A stretch of 62,926 nt of DNA, counting the filler, from Octopus bimaculoides (Eukaryota): assembly GCF_001194135.2 (NCBI RefSeq). It is 7 parts of 6 records of this genome, joined end to end, with 100 filler letters (N's around TTAATTAATTAA, not from the genome) between each part and the next. Parts side by side here need not be neighbours in the genome. Positions count along the whole stretch, not along the records: positions 1 to 24,122 come from NC_068986.1; 6 more parts are not named here. The stretch is one strand, 5' to 3'. Every line of letters starts with the position of its first letter. Position 1 is the first letter of the stretch. The position numbers and the translations under genes are program-made. The notes under the pieces were generated by a model. It saw only the letters and a list, made by a program, of their open reading frames with translations. It did no database searches and was not told where the DNA came from. Of this stretch, positions 1-13,960 are shown in pieces.

Positions 1-240
1 ATATATATACTTTCATCGATAAGCTTATGCATAAATTTGATAATTATAAGTATAATTATGATTAGGATTCAGCAATTTGCTGAAATTTAGAAATACCGAA
101 GTTTATAAATACCAGTTAAATACTATTCCTCTAACATAATGTATCTCCCATACAGCAATACTCTTATTTTACGTAGGTAAAGAAAAAAACTTTATTGTGC
201 ATGTGTACTAAGGTTTAACGTTCTACGTTCTACAAGATGT

Positions 241-720
241 GTGGTGTATGATCGACTCATTGACCATGACAGCGAAAGTTGTCTTTGGGATACTTGCTCT
301 GAGGTCTTTTCAATGTTGCAGAAAGTGTATGAAGAGAAATGTATGAGCTGCATACAAGTCTACGAGTGGTTCAGGCTTTTCCAAGATGACCGAAATATGT
401 CAATATTGACGAACCTTCTATGAGACCCGCAACCAGTAGAACTGAGAAAAACTACGCAGATGTGCTTGCAGTTGTGAGAGGAATCGTCAAATCAACACCG
501 GTGAGTTATCAGACGATACGCAGGTGAGGTACGGTTCAGTTCGGTCCATTATCACTGAAGATTTGGGTATGAGCACGTGTCTACCAAGTTTGTGACAAAA
601 CTGCTTTCTCCTGACCAATGAGACACGGTGCTGTCAGTTACACTAGATATTTTTGATTGTGTCGACAACGATAGCATGTTTTTGAGAACTTTGTGTAGGC
701 CTCTGAACAGGTATCGCCAA
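241..720 (+). mobile_element. Decayed mariner transposase, N-terminal (HTH) part
   Basis: Frameshifted translation EVFSMLQKVYEEKCMSCIQVYEWFRLFQDD ... YGSVRSIITEDLGM / HVSTKFVTKLLSPDQ matches the mariner HTH region and the WVPxxL-equivalent motif. Contains stops and frameshifts; no TIR found. Confidence 0.8.
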
Positions 721-1363
721 GTTATTACCAACATTTCATACATATTCTCTGCTCAAGTTTCTCTGTCATGTTCAACGAGATGATCGCATGCTATACACAT
801 TATTTCGAAGTTCTGCTGTAAGCAGCGGATATGAGCTAGAACATGAAATTTATTGCGCATGCCAAACGCGTTTAGCTTGGATACTATGGATACATAGTGA
901 TCAGAGGACGTATGAACCATTTACTACAAAATGGTAGTTGCTTCTTACGTTAGTATGATAACAGTTTTGAGATTATACACAGTCGCAACATGCAATTAGA
1001 GCGAGTGGAGAGGCGTTTGTCAGGATACAAATATATTTCAAAATATCAATAGTGGACGTTAAGCTTTTTACTCCATATTATAAAAATTGAAACAAATACG
1101 TTATAATTTGTAAGACTATTCGTGTTTGTAAGTATAATATGCGGTAATTAAAATATATACACATGACTAGTAGATAATTCGGATAGTCTATAAAATTATG
1201 CAACAAATAATGAAATCTTTTGAAGTACTAAATATATTAAGGTTACTTTAAAGTCATATATATAATTGTCTGCGAAGAGTCATTCTCTTTTCGTGCCTTA
1301 TTTCACCCACTCATCGGTTCGATTTCCACTCATTTATTTACGTATTCATCAATAGTTGTTGAT

Positions 1364-1408
<45 letters not shown>

Positions 1409-2094
1409 NNNNNNNNNNNNNNNNNNNNNNNNNNNNNNNNNNNNNNNNNNNNNNNNNNNNNNNNNNNNNNNNNNNNNNNNNNNNNNNNNNNNNNNNNNNN
1501 NNNNNNNNNNNNNNNNNNNNNNNNNNNNNNNNNNNNNNNNNNNNNNNNNNNNNNNNNNNNNNNNNNNNNNNNNNNNNNNNNNNNNNNNNNNNNNNNNNNN
1601 NNNNNNNNNNNNNNNNNNNNNNNNNNNNNNNNNNNNNNNNNNNNNNNNNNNNNNNNNNNNNNNNNNNNNNNNNNNNNNNNNNNNNNNNNNNNNNNNNNNN
1701 NNNNNNNNNNNNNNNNNNNNNNNNNNNNNNNNNNNNNNNNNNNNNNNNNNNNNNNNNNNNNNNNNNNNNNNNNNNNNNNNNNNNNNNNNNNNNNNNNNNN
1801 NNNNNNNNNNNNNNNNNNNNNNNNNNNNNNNNNNNNNNNNNNNNNNNNNNNNNNNNNNNNNNNNNNNNNNNNNNNNNNNNNNNNNNNNNNNNNNNNNNNN
1901 NNNNNNNNNNNNNNNNNNNNNNNNNNNNNNNNNNNNNNNNTACATCAGCATATAATTCACGAAACAACACCTGAAATATAAGAGGTACATGGTAGAAATA
2001 TGACATGATGTAATCACGTCTCCTCATTATTTTAAAGAAATGTATTTATAAAGAAATGTTTGTTTAAATGTTGTATAGTATTTTTAATTTTATT

Positions 2095-2476
2095 TGCTGT
2101 TGGCATTCCGTCGCTTACGACGTCGAGGGTTCCAGTTGATCCAATCAACGGAACAGCCTGGTCGGGAATTTAACGTGCATGTGGCTGAGAACTCCATAGA
2201 CACGTGTACCCTTAACGTAGTTCTCGGGGATATTCAGCGTCACACAGTATGACAAGGCTGACCCTTTGAATTACAGCCACAAGAGAAACAGGAAGTAAGA
2301 GTGAGAGAAAATTGTGGTGAAAGAGTACAACAGGGTTCGCCACCATCTCCTGCCGGAGCCTCGTGGAGCTTTTAGGTGTTTTTGCTCAAAGAACACTCAC
2401 AATGGTCGGTCTGGGTATCGAAACCGCGATCCTATGATCGCGAGTCCGCTGCCCTAACCACTGGACCATTGCGCCT
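2095..2476 (-). mobile_element. tRNA-derived SINE, family C, near full length
   Basis: Minus strand starts GGCGCAATGGTCCAGTGGTTAGGGCAGCGG (A box) with GGTTTCGATACC (B-box-like). The 3' body matches 47672-47850 and 58170-58278. Confidence 0.8.
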
Positions 2477-2730
2477 ACTTACATTTTATATGATAACAAT
2501 AAATTGAATTAGATAGTATAATGTAATAAATACAAAGAATGTGAATTATTTCCATAAGATTTTTAAAAATTTATTCTGACTGAATTGTGAGAGAGATATG
2601 AAATTTCTTTCAGTTAATGGTTTAAATAACGGAGATCTTCAAAAATCGGTCTCATTTAAACTAAGGTATATACATAAGACTCACACCGAAGGGAATTTGG
2701 GGTTGTAATAGACGTAATGTTAGGCTTCAC

Positions 2731-2920
<190 letters not shown>

Positions 2921-4994
2921 TCTAAACGGATAAGTAATTATTGTCACGTAATTATTTATGAAGTTGTACCGAGGTACAGAGCGAATTTTACCTCAAAAGT
3001 CGTTCGACGCCTCAAACTACGTTTGTTTTATAATACTATTGATTATGTTGCACTGGGAAGCATGTGAAATAATGTTGATTTTTCTCAACCAGTTAACATG
3101 TTTCAAACAGTGCTGATGGATTGAAGCTATATTCCTGAGAGATGTGAAAAGAATGGCATAAACGTATACATAATGGGACGTAATGGAAATATTGGTACAA
3201 AATTTATCATTGTTTATTTCGAAAATCCTGAAAAAAATTCGTATAATAACTGCATGGGTCACAAATTCTGCTTTTTCGTTGCCTAATCAGAACGAGATGT
3301 CACAAGAACTTTGGTTTAAATGGCTTAACTCAATTCAAAGTTGCCACTAAAGGGAAATATGGAAGTGCAGAGGAATCGTATAAACACATTAAAATGTTTT
3401 TCGAAAATGTAATGTAGAATGCCAAGAATTATTTTAAAATGCAAATAACTGAATTACACATACCGTAGCAATACGAAACAAGGAATGAAGGAAATTGGAA
3501 CTAAGCCAATCCAATTGTATTGATCTCAGGCCTGCAAAAACTGTCATGTTGATAATTCAACAATTCCACATTCGTTTGACTAAAATATTGAAGTGAAAGG
3601 TGTTACACAAACACTTACATGCAAATATACATACACACACAAACATATATATACATATATATATATATCCATACATATATTTATATTTATATATGTATAT
3701 GTATATATATATATATGCGAGTAAAAATAAATACAAAAAAGGGGGGGTTGTATGATTGTGTATAGAGGAATATATTATTTTCTTTAAAAGACTTCAAACA
3801 CTGTCTGTTTTTTTATGTTTTATTTATATTCATGCATAACCAATGTGGGATATAGAATATGGAATATACAATATATAATATAATATACAATATATAATAT
3901 AAAATAAAATAAAAATGGATGGTACTATGAAATAAAGTATTNNNNNNNNNNNNNNNNNNNNNNNNNNNNNNNNNNNNNNNNNNNNNNNNNNNNNNNNNNN
4001 NNNNNNNNNNNNNNNNNNNNNNNNNNNNNNNNATATATATGTCTCTCATGAGAATGAGAGACAATGGCACCTCCTAAGTAATTATTTAGTATATGCACAC
4101 ATCTGGGCTTTTGTTTAACACGCATAATCTGTGAGCAACGAAAATCTTTGATTGATTAATTTGGTGGTAATGAAGTAGTATTTATTTGTTTATCTACAAA
4201 ATAAAAACAAAAACATATGCGCATTCTATTAAAATGAAAAGCGAAATTTTGCCTGAGTGTCTCTCCCGTATCTCAGCCTACATTTGCTCCACATAGACAT
4301 CTTATACGCCATTGGAATCAGGATGATCTCGAGATTGTAAATCTGGCTTTCATTTGGTTCTTGAACATTCAGCATTGGGATTTGGTTTAAAGAGAAGCAG
4401 AGGGACAGGCAATTTCTAGCTGGTAAAGCATGGCTGATTCACGCTATCTTGGTTGGCGTCCGTCAGATGATGTCAAACATCAAGGGAGAGATTAATGACA
4501 TTCGGTTCTTTAATTTTACGTCAAGGTAATAACATTGGGACAAATTGGCCAACGGTTGGAATATAACATGGGACTGGAACAATAGAATGACTGCATTACA
4601 CAATTAATTCTCATCCATCCATAACTTCTAATCACACGCCAGCGGGTCATATGGTCATTATAGACGCATTATATTCAAGCTAGTTGCGAGCCACACGCCC
4701 AGATAGTCTTCCGCAGGAGGCAACCTAAAAGTCCGCACGGATGGCAACATTTTAGCTCGTTTTAAATAATCGCTCATTTTTACCTACTTAACCAAAGAAA
4801 GGGATATTACTTCTCGGACGATTATATAACAATTATCGAAAATATTTTGATTAAACCCATTTTGTTTGTGTTTGTAGAGACAGAATTCTTCTGATCTGGT
4901 CACCTTGAATTATTATCTCAGAATAAAATTATAAGAGTGATAATTAGGGTAATTCATAAATAACGTATTATGATTGGGCTAATTAATGTAGGAC

Positions 4995-5070
4995 ATTCGC
5001 GTACTCGAGTGTACACGTATTAGGCTAGCGCGTCTAGTTGCGTCATAGTCAGTAATGAGTATAAAGGGCT
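4995..5070 (+). promoter_or_regulatory. Candidate Pol II promoter (CpG cluster, CRE-like half site, TATA)
   Basis: CpG-dense 4997-5045, TGCGTCA at 5039-5045, TATAAAG at 5060-5066, and a donor-like GAG|GTAATA near 5312. No transcript evidence. Confidence 0.25.
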
Positions 5071-6065
5071 TTGTGCCTCTAACCTTTTGAAAGATGCAAC
5101 GTAGATAAGTCATACCTTATGAAAGGTGAGATACGTGAACGAAATATTCCACTTAATGACGAAAAGAAAAAATGAGGGAGAGACAGAGAGGGGAGAGAAG
5201 CAGAGAGACAGGCAATACAGACAGACTGACGGAGAAAGAGGCAGACTATCAGGAAGAATGGGGCAGAGAGCTGCCATATTTCGGGCAACGATTTGTTTAC
5301 TTCTCCGCTGCGAGGTAATAAAATATGTTTACAGACAATATTATAACTTAAATTTATGTATATACATATTGTAACTCAGAAATATGTATTAAAGCAAATT
5401 TACTTACAGATGTGAGTGTGTACGCGCATATGCGCAACTTGCGTATGAACGTACGTGTAAATGTTTACGTTTATGTGTGTGCTTGTGTTTGGGTCTGTGT
5501 GAGTTAGCGTGTGCGTGTGTACATGTGTGACTGTGCGTGTGTCAGTGTCTGCGTATGTGTGTGTGTGTGCATGGAGATACGTATTATACGATAGCACAAC
5601 GGCCGGTTTGTATTTGCAATAGTGTATGCATCCATACAACATACTAATATTAAGTATTCACCAATGCGTTTATACACTTAAGCTGTGAAATCAAAGCAGC
5701 CATTTTCTATTGCGATGTCGGAAGGTCATACCGGAAATAGAATGTTCTGTTGACAGGTACCTTTATAACAATCAGACTAAAATCATATTGGCCTCAATTC
5801 ACATACTGCGAAAGTTTCTCAGAAGTTCATGTTAAAAGCTTTCATTGACGTTTATGCCATGACTATTATTTATGACTGTAGGTATGCTTATGAGTATACG
5901 CATATACACGTATTTCTATATGTAATATTACATTACTTGCATATACATATACACATATTTTATATAGTTCAAAATTACACACTACTGAACACAAATATAT
6001 TCACACAGGAAAATACTCATACCACACTTTCACATACAGATATACATTCACACATATACACACAT

Positions 6066-6103
<38 letters not shown>

Positions 6104-6421
6104 NNNNNNNNNNNNNNNNNNNNNNNNNNNNNNNNNNNNNNNNNNNNNNNNNNNNNNNNNNNNNNNNNNNNNNNNNNNNNNNNNNNNNNNNNNNNNNNNN
6201 NNNNNNNNNNNNNNNNNNNNNNNNNNNNNTATATATATATATATATATATATTGATAAACACACAGAGACACGCATACATACACAAGTATGTGTATTTAG
6301 GCATGTAGGTATGTACTTACATGCACTTAGGAATATGTAGTTATGGTTGCTCCTTGTATGAATGTAAATATATATGCATAAGGGTTTGCATGCGTTCAAA
6401 TGTGTGTGTAAGTCTGTGTTT

Positions 6422-6452
<31 letters not shown>

Positions 6453-7232
6453 CATACATACAGATACAAACACACATATANNNNNNNNNNTGTGTGCATA
6501 CATACAGATACAAACACACATATATACTGGTTACTGGTGCATTTAACAAGGCAAATATATACTATTCCACCAAACATACACTCTCAGAAATAAACTAAAT
6601 GCACATGTATATATGAGCGGATAAATGAGAATGTCTCTCATCGTTTCTGTTCTATCTGCCCATGTGTGAATGTATACTTGTACGTGTACGTGTTATACCA
6701 CTGAATGTGTTATAGTGCGTATATATATATGTCTATATACATGTATCTATCTATGTAATCGCCAGTACAAATATATATTGTTACATATCATGCTATTGTT
6801 CCTCATATCTGTAAACTTAGCAATAATATTGAAACGACTGATCGTGACAGATTTAGGAAATTTTAGAGGAGAGGTTTACAGCCAGACAAATTTACGCAGA
6901 TTGTACACGCTTAGGTGTCAGTTTTCCATTAACTTCACTGCGACTGACCATTTCCTTGACACCAACACTATAAAAACCGGTTTGAGGCGAACCAATACAA
7001 GACCATCAATACACTGTATATTCTAGAATTATTGGCCAAAACTCCCTCAATTCACACCTTTCTCTCTTGAGTTAGACATGCACTTAAAAGATGTAGTTTC
7101 CAGTTATGCATTCACTATAGGAATGAATGGTCGACATGCTGGGTGATAGTTGTAATTTTGGTCATGTATTTCTTCAACCAGCTTTGATTCGTCGTTAAAC
7201 CATGATCTTCCGAATAATCATTGCTATCACAC

Positions 7233-7276
<44 letters not shown>

Positions 7277-8330
7277 TACACACACACACAGTGTTAGTAC
7301 ACATGCGCCTTTATAAGGTTTAGGACAGTTCACTTGCTAACCCACAGGGGTTTCAGGATTTACCACAACAGCATATTCGTTATAAAAACAGCAAAATGAA
7401 GATTCACAATTTTTCTGTATGATAACCTAGCTGCGCATGAAGCTATTATTTTGAAATCTAATGAGATAAAGCAAATATTGAATGCATATGACCATACATG
7501 TACAATCTGAACTATTTTCTCCTTGTTTTTGTTTCTTTTTTTTTTCGTCTGTCGGTTGAATTATAAGTTTGTAAAAGAGTCTGTGCCGAGCATTAAGACA
7601 GATAACAACTTACCAGCGCCTTATTGCCTTTAAACTAATGTTTAAGCAGAATCTCTAGTATCATAAACGTGAGGCATGTAATGACAGATAAATACAAGTC
7701 TTGCTAATAGTCATGTCATACAGAAAGAAAGCATAACATGTGCTACACGTTATATTTGGAAATAGGAGAATTTACGTGCGTTTCCATACTCTTTAACGAT
7801 GTTAGATGACGGAGTAATCACTTACATAAACATGACATGTAATTTTAGATTTGTCATCAGTATTTGATAAATATCTGAGTAATAGTATTCCACTCTCGTC
7901 CTTAGTGTGTTTTATTTTATTTTTGTGAAAATGTTTTAATACCCACAAGAATATTCGGTTTTATTTCAACACAACAAGTTTTCTGCAATATCCGTGAACA
8001 CATTATATACATTTCGTTTAGACATGCAGTCATGAGTCAAGCGTTTACACATCATTGACGAGGCCAAAGAAGGTTAAAAATTGTCTGCCGCTCCGATATA
8101 TATATATTATATATTTAGCAGAACATGTCACTCAAGAGATTTTCTCTCAGTATAAACCTACCACCATGCCTTTTAGTGGTGTATATAAGTTAAACATATT
8201 AGAAAGATGACTAACAATTAAATGAATTTCACTGATAACAAAATTAAAACATACATATGAAATAATGCAATTATTTTTCACCTGTTTGCAAATCTCACGA
8301 TGAGAGATATTCAGCAACAGTACTTTGGAG

Positions 8331-8571
8331 TAAAGATTGTTTGCCAGCATAGCATGGCGGTCCTGGTCTAAGACGAATGTTGCTGTAATTGAGCCCCAGG
8401 AGAATCTTCTCAAGCTGTCTATACGATACGATCTGTGTCCTTATATTTTCGAAAAAAAGAGGTGACAGATCGTGTTGTATAGCCAGTTGGATACGATGTA
8501 TCCTGGGGCTAAATTACAGCAACATTCGTCCAAAACCAGGACTGTTATGTTATGTTGGAAAACAATCTTTA
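8331..8571. mobile_element. Fold-back MITE with two ~120-bp inverted arms and no spacer
   Basis: 8331-8450 aligns with the reverse complement of 8451-8571 at roughly 80% identity by eye. The centre is TTTTC|GAAAA and both ends are TA. Confidence 0.8.
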
Positions 8572-9689
8572 TTTTTCACCTCTTCTTAAATATNNNNNNN
8601 NNNATATATACATACATATATATATATTGAAGCCCTATCTATAATGTAGCTAACTATAAAAGTACTCCTACCTGTGATGTAGCTATCAGAAATACAGTAA
8701 ATATGTAAGTATAAATACCTTTATACCAAAACATCTATGGCGTTGTGTGTGTGTGTGGGGGAGTCTGTGGGTGTGTGGGTGTGTGTGAACGTCCTTTATT
8801 TTCTGCACTCGAAATATACGCAGTGTTCCTATATATCTATGTATGGATGTGTCTTTGCGAGTGCTTAATTTCAAGTTTTAAAAAAATCATTTCGTAAAGC
8901 TTTGTACTGATACATATGTGGAATAGTAGCCTGGCCACAAAACAGTTACAAATATTCGATTATAAAAATTTGCCTAGCCAGGAGTTTATCTTTTGTTAAC
9001 TATCTTATTTTCATGGAGACGTTTATTTAGAGCGCAGAGAAAATTAAATAAACAAAACATTATTTATATAACGACATTTGTAATTCCAGCGTGTCAAATT
9101 TGTTTTTAATTTCCTCAGGGGATATGAAGTCATTCTTACAAAATACTCTCCTTTACCATCAACTTTTTGTTCAGCAAAGCAATAGTTACCCAGAAAAAAC
9201 CCCTGAAAACTAGACATTATTTATCTCTCATAAACCAAAAAAAGAAGTCAAATAAGAATCTTTACGAATATTATTGAATATTATTAGTACATGTGTGTGT
9301 ATTTATATTAGAATAATAATGGCTTGCGTGCAAATATATTTATTGCAAAAATTAACTGAGATATTCAAAATGACGGACAGAATGAATGGAGTTCGTCGAA
9401 AAAATGAAAATATAAATATATTTATATACTTCATACTTCTAAAATCGATGAGTTCCATTACTTTAAAGTAAATTATTTCGCTGAAATTATCTAATACTAC
9501 ATTATATTGCTTACAAAGGTCTTTTTTTCCTCTTTTTGTATATGTGTGGGTGTGGGTGTGTGTGTGTGTGTGTTTCTATTGCTGTTGAATGGAAAGTAAA
9601 GAAAGATTATATCTTTCCTTGCACTTTGTCTAAATACTTATCTCTGTGCATAAACATACACACTCACACACACTCTCGTAGTCTCGTCG

Positions 9690-9905
9690 TCATCATGATC
9701 ATCATCAACATCATCACAATCATCATCATCACCATCATCATCATCAACATCATTGTCGTGGGTTTGATCGCAAACTCTATCCCCAACACTTTCGACTCAA
9801 CAGGCGGAAGGCCGTATTCTCCGTCCGTATGGCAGCCCCGTGGAACAAGATGTCATTCAACTGCCCGCCACCCCCTTGTCCAAAGACGCTGTAAACAATT
9901 GTAGC
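9690..9905 (-). mobile_element. Probable LINE 3' end with (GAT)n tail
   Basis: Minus strand reads SLDKGWRAVE* (compare the CR1/L2 C-terminal FKxxLDxxW), then a short UTR and a (GAT)n-rich tail. Confidence 0.35.
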
Positions 9906-9998
9906 GACTGTGTATAAAACTATATATAACAATAACTTATTTGTTTTTTTTTTCTTTTTTACATGGCTTAAGCACATTTTGCTCTTCTCATGCCAATA

Positions 9999-9999
<1 letters not shown>

Positions 10000-10029
<30 letters not shown>

Positions 10030-10097
10030 CTTCTTCTTCTTCTTCTTCTTCTTCTTCTTCTTCTTCTTCTTCTTCTTCTTCTACTTCTTCTTCTTCC
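10000..10097. repeat. (CTT)n microsatellite
   Basis: Read directly from the sequence. Confidence 0.97.
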
Positions 10098-10777
10098 GTG
10101 TTATATGACTCGAGAGCGCCATCTTATGTCTATTATATGCTGGCTTGATTTCTGTTCTAACATTTAACTTTAAATGATGTTCTATAAATGTTTTTCAAAT
10201 ACGCACTCCCACAATGAACATATTTCTGGGGGTTCTGTCTGATTTTAATCCCAAGAATTTCGACGGCACAGATTATACGCTCATTTACATTTGATCAACA
10301 ACATCGTTGTCGTCGTCGTTGTCTTCGTCGATATTACTTTAAAGAAAATCGTTTTTATTAATCTATTTGTCGGCAGTTCTCAGTAATCTCGAAGATTACC
10401 AGCGATATTTCTGTGAAGCTGTAACACTAAAACTGTACTTGTCAGTCATCGATGGCGTAAAAGCATTAACATATAATTGGAATATTACCAAATGGATGCT
10501 TATTAAAAGTCGGCCGATTATATTTCTTTGAGAACGATCTCTGCCACTTAAGTGTGGAATTACCAAATGTACTTTCTTATTTACTTATACGTGTCATATG
10601 TGACAGAATTATAGTCTAAGCCACTATAGATTGAAAAAAAGACATTTTTTCTTAGCTTTTCAACAGAAAACTGAAGAAGGAATATCTAAGCAATGAGATA
10701 CTCAATCCTCTTACAAAGGAAACATGAATATTTTATTATAAACATATCGGTTTCTATTTGTATGTTGTTTTAACAGG

Positions 10778-11146
10778 AAGCAGGCGTGGCTGTGTCGGAA
10801 GCAGTCCGCTTCCCAAGCTCATGGATCTGAGTACAGAACGATCATATCGCAACTTGTGCAACTAACATCTGCAATAGTCAGCTACCGACTAAAGATTTGG
10901 GATTGGTTTTGGTACACGAAAACTGAAAGAACTCGGATGATTATGAATGTGTGTGTGTCTTTGTGTCTGTGTTTTTCCCCCTCTGCTGCATGTCAATCGG
11001 TGCTACTGTGTTTGGGGCCTCCTCACCGTTTCGGCAAAATAAATCGATGGGATAAGTTCCGGTACTGATGTCGATTGATTCAATTACGAATTCTTCGAGG
11101 CGGTAACCCAGAAAAGCTGCAGTCTAATGACTGAAACAAATACAAG
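10778..11146 (+). mobile_element. Degraded SINE, family B
   Basis: Head GCAGGCGTGGCTGTGT and tail CGTTTCGGCAAAA...AATGACTGAAACAA resemble the copy at 36281-36700. Confidence 0.6.
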
Positions 11147-11509
11147 GTGAGAAATCGAAAAATATCTGCATAAAAATCAAGAACTATAAATAAAAATCGT
11201 TTACATATTCAAATTGTCAAATGATAAATTTGACATATGCTTGCATACAGTCTTTCTAGGTGTATGTTTATTTAATAGTCTCTCTCTACCCCTCTCACTT
11301 CAGCAACAGAAATAACAGCTCTGCTGTGAAGTAGTAGAGAGGGAGTGATCAGACAGAAAGACACACACACAAACATGCACACAGAGCCGCCACCCCACAC
11401 ACACACACGCAAAACGCGCGCGCAAACACAGGCGCACACACAGGCCCACACACACAAACAAGCATGCACACACACACATACACGCACACACATACATGGA
11501 CACACACAC

Positions 11510-11541
<32 letters not shown>

Positions 11542-12147
11542 NNNNNNNNNNNNNNNNNNNNNNNNNNNNNNNNNNNNNNNNNNNNNNNNNNNNNNNNNNN
11601 NNNNNNNNNNNNNNNNNNNNNNNNNNNNNNNNNNNNNNNNNNNNNNNNNNNNNNNNNNNNNNNNNNNNNNNNNNNNNNNNNNNNNNNNNNNNNNNNNNNN
11701 NNNNNNNNNNNNNNNNNNNNNNNNNNNNNNNNNNNNNNNNNNNNNNNNNNNNNNNNNNNNNNNNNNNNNNNNNNNNNNNNNNNNNNNNNNNNNNNNNNNN
11801 NNNNNNNNNNNNNNNNNNNNNNNNNNNNNNNNNNNNNNNNNNNNNNNNNNNNNNNNNNNNNNNNNNNNNNNNNNNNNNNNNNNNNNNNNNNNNNNNNNNN
11901 NNNNNNNNNNNNNNNNNNNNNNNNNNNNNNNNNNNNNNNNNNNNNNNNNNNNNNNNNNNNNNNNNNNNNNNNNNNNNNNNNNNNNNNNNNNNNNNNNNNN
12001 NNNNNNNNNNNNNNNNNNNNNNNNNNNNNNNNNNNNNNNNNNNNNNNNNNNNNNNNNNNNNNNNNNNNNNNNNNNNNNNNNNNNNNNNNNNNNNNNNNNN
12101 NNNNNNNNNNNNNNNNNNNNNNNNNNNNNNNNNNNNNNNNNNNNNNN

Positions 12148-12198
<51 letters not shown>

Positions 12199-12289
12199 GC
12201 ATGTATGTATATGTATGTGTGTGTGCGTGTGCGCGTGCGTGTCTGTGTACAACGGGCTACATTCAATTTAATATTTGTCTACCAAACCG

Positions 12290-12412
12290 ACTCACAAATT
12301 TTGGGTTGACCTGTGATCAGAGTAGAAAACACATAACGAAGATGCCGCGCATTTGGACTTAACTGGGAACCGTGTGTTTGGGAAGCAAGATTCACACCAC
12401 GCAGCCTACATT
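12290..12412 (-). mobile_element. SINE family B, 5' fragment
   Basis: GGAACCGTGTGTTTGGGAAGCAAGATTCACACCACGCAGCC is the reverse complement of a diverged family B head. Confidence 0.55.
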
Positions 12413-13164
12413 TCCATTTTCAAATGCAAATAATGAAATATATCGTTCTGAGGGAGCAGTACTGTTAATAACCGACACTTGAACAATAATAGAAAAAGAT
12501 ATGCTGAACAGAATTAAAAGTAATTCTAATATCTATGTTAAAGTTAGATTATAACGTCAAAACTGTACAGGTGATTAAAATATATACAAGCACATTACAC
12601 TAATACATACGAAAAGCATTTCTAGGAAGCATAGCATACGAAAGTTCAGATAAAAATGTTGATAACGTCAGGAAGATAAATTTTATCATCACACATTAAC
12701 AGCTAATATATTATTACTCAAATAGATAAGAACATTTAGAATTCTTGATTAATTAATGACAACAGAATAATTAATTAAGCAAACTGGTTTATGATAAGGT
12801 AAGTGAATAAAGCCCTAATAAGTCAAAGCAATATGGAAGTATTTCATGGAAATTCTATATATAATTAATGTCATAAATGGCATTATCATGTTCAAGATGG
12901 TTTAAGATAAAGTGCGATACATTTTTCTCTCAACATATATATTTATATACGGTTACTATGTAATTAAATATATTAGGCAGAAGATAAAATGAAGTAACAC
13001 GGTGTAAAATCCGTGGGAAAATGAAATTATTAAGTAACAAAAACTGTAAGAAATTGAGGTCTGAGAGTTATGATTTGTAGCTCCTGTTTTATGAGGTTTG
13101 ACTGACAAGTTCATGTGTTGAGTAAGATACTCACACTCAATGTGACCATATATATAAGTTTTGC

Positions 13165-13960
13165 TTTTGAACACAGCCTCCTTGTGGTCCACACACATCT
13201 TCCATCGGCATTGCACTGCTTGGACGCCATTAGTGTATAAGTTATCTTCCTGTTGTTAAAAAACAAACGCGTCAACAGCTGATAAAACGTCATCGTCATT
13301 GCATACTAATACTCAGCTAAATGCGTATTCGTCATGGAAAATGATCTCACTTCATGATGAAGTGAAATCTGTCGAATATGGTGGCTGATCAGTCAGTTTA
13401 AAGCCACAGTCACGCTCGGGAGCCATTAAAGCCTAGGACTGTCATGATGAAACAAGATCTCTTTTATAAGTTTTCATGGGCATTTTAATTTGATGGTCTT
13501 TGGTAAAAGCCTCAACACGTTGGCATAGAACTCTCCGTGCATTCTGTGGCTTTTTTTTAAATGTAGTCAATAATCCCAATACGTCCCTAAATGTCTGAGA
13601 CCATCACCTTCGCTGCAAATTAAAACTCCTTGGCCTTGTTTGAAGCAGGTGAGAAAGGATGTTTCCACTGCTTGGATTGTCTCTGCATCGCTATCTCATA
13701 GAGATAAATCCATTGCATTCAAGGAAACCAACTGGATCTGCCTCAGATAATGTCAGGTTTTTCCTTTATATGATCATCGTGGTACGCTTTCCATTCGGTG
13801 TCAGAAGACCTGACACCCACCGAGGAGAAAGCTTCAACATGCCAAGCTCATTGCGCAGAATATTCTCAAATCCTTTACGAGATATGCTAATAGCATTGTC
13901 TATTTCATTTATCGTCAAACGCCTGGCATCCATCGATGCTCAAAACTATTAGTGTCTTTC
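13165..13960 (-). mobile_element. Decayed mariner transposase, most of the ORF
   Basis: Minus-strand pieces: ENILRNELGMLKLSPRWVSGLLTP, QSKQWKHPFSP, KVMVS, EILFHHDSPR, DQPPYSTDF, NGVQAVQCRWKMCVDHKE. These correspond to the WVPxxL, HDNA and YSPDLAP motifs. Many stops and frameshifts. Confidence 0.85.

Noticed and set aside
2400-2476. tRNA genes (here and at other A/B-box sites)
   Set aside because: Each tRNA-like head runs into a SINE body and does not close an acceptor stem.
7595-7655. Perfect minus-strand donor CTG|GTAAGT
   Set aside because: All three frames from the nearest acceptor contain stops; no other support.
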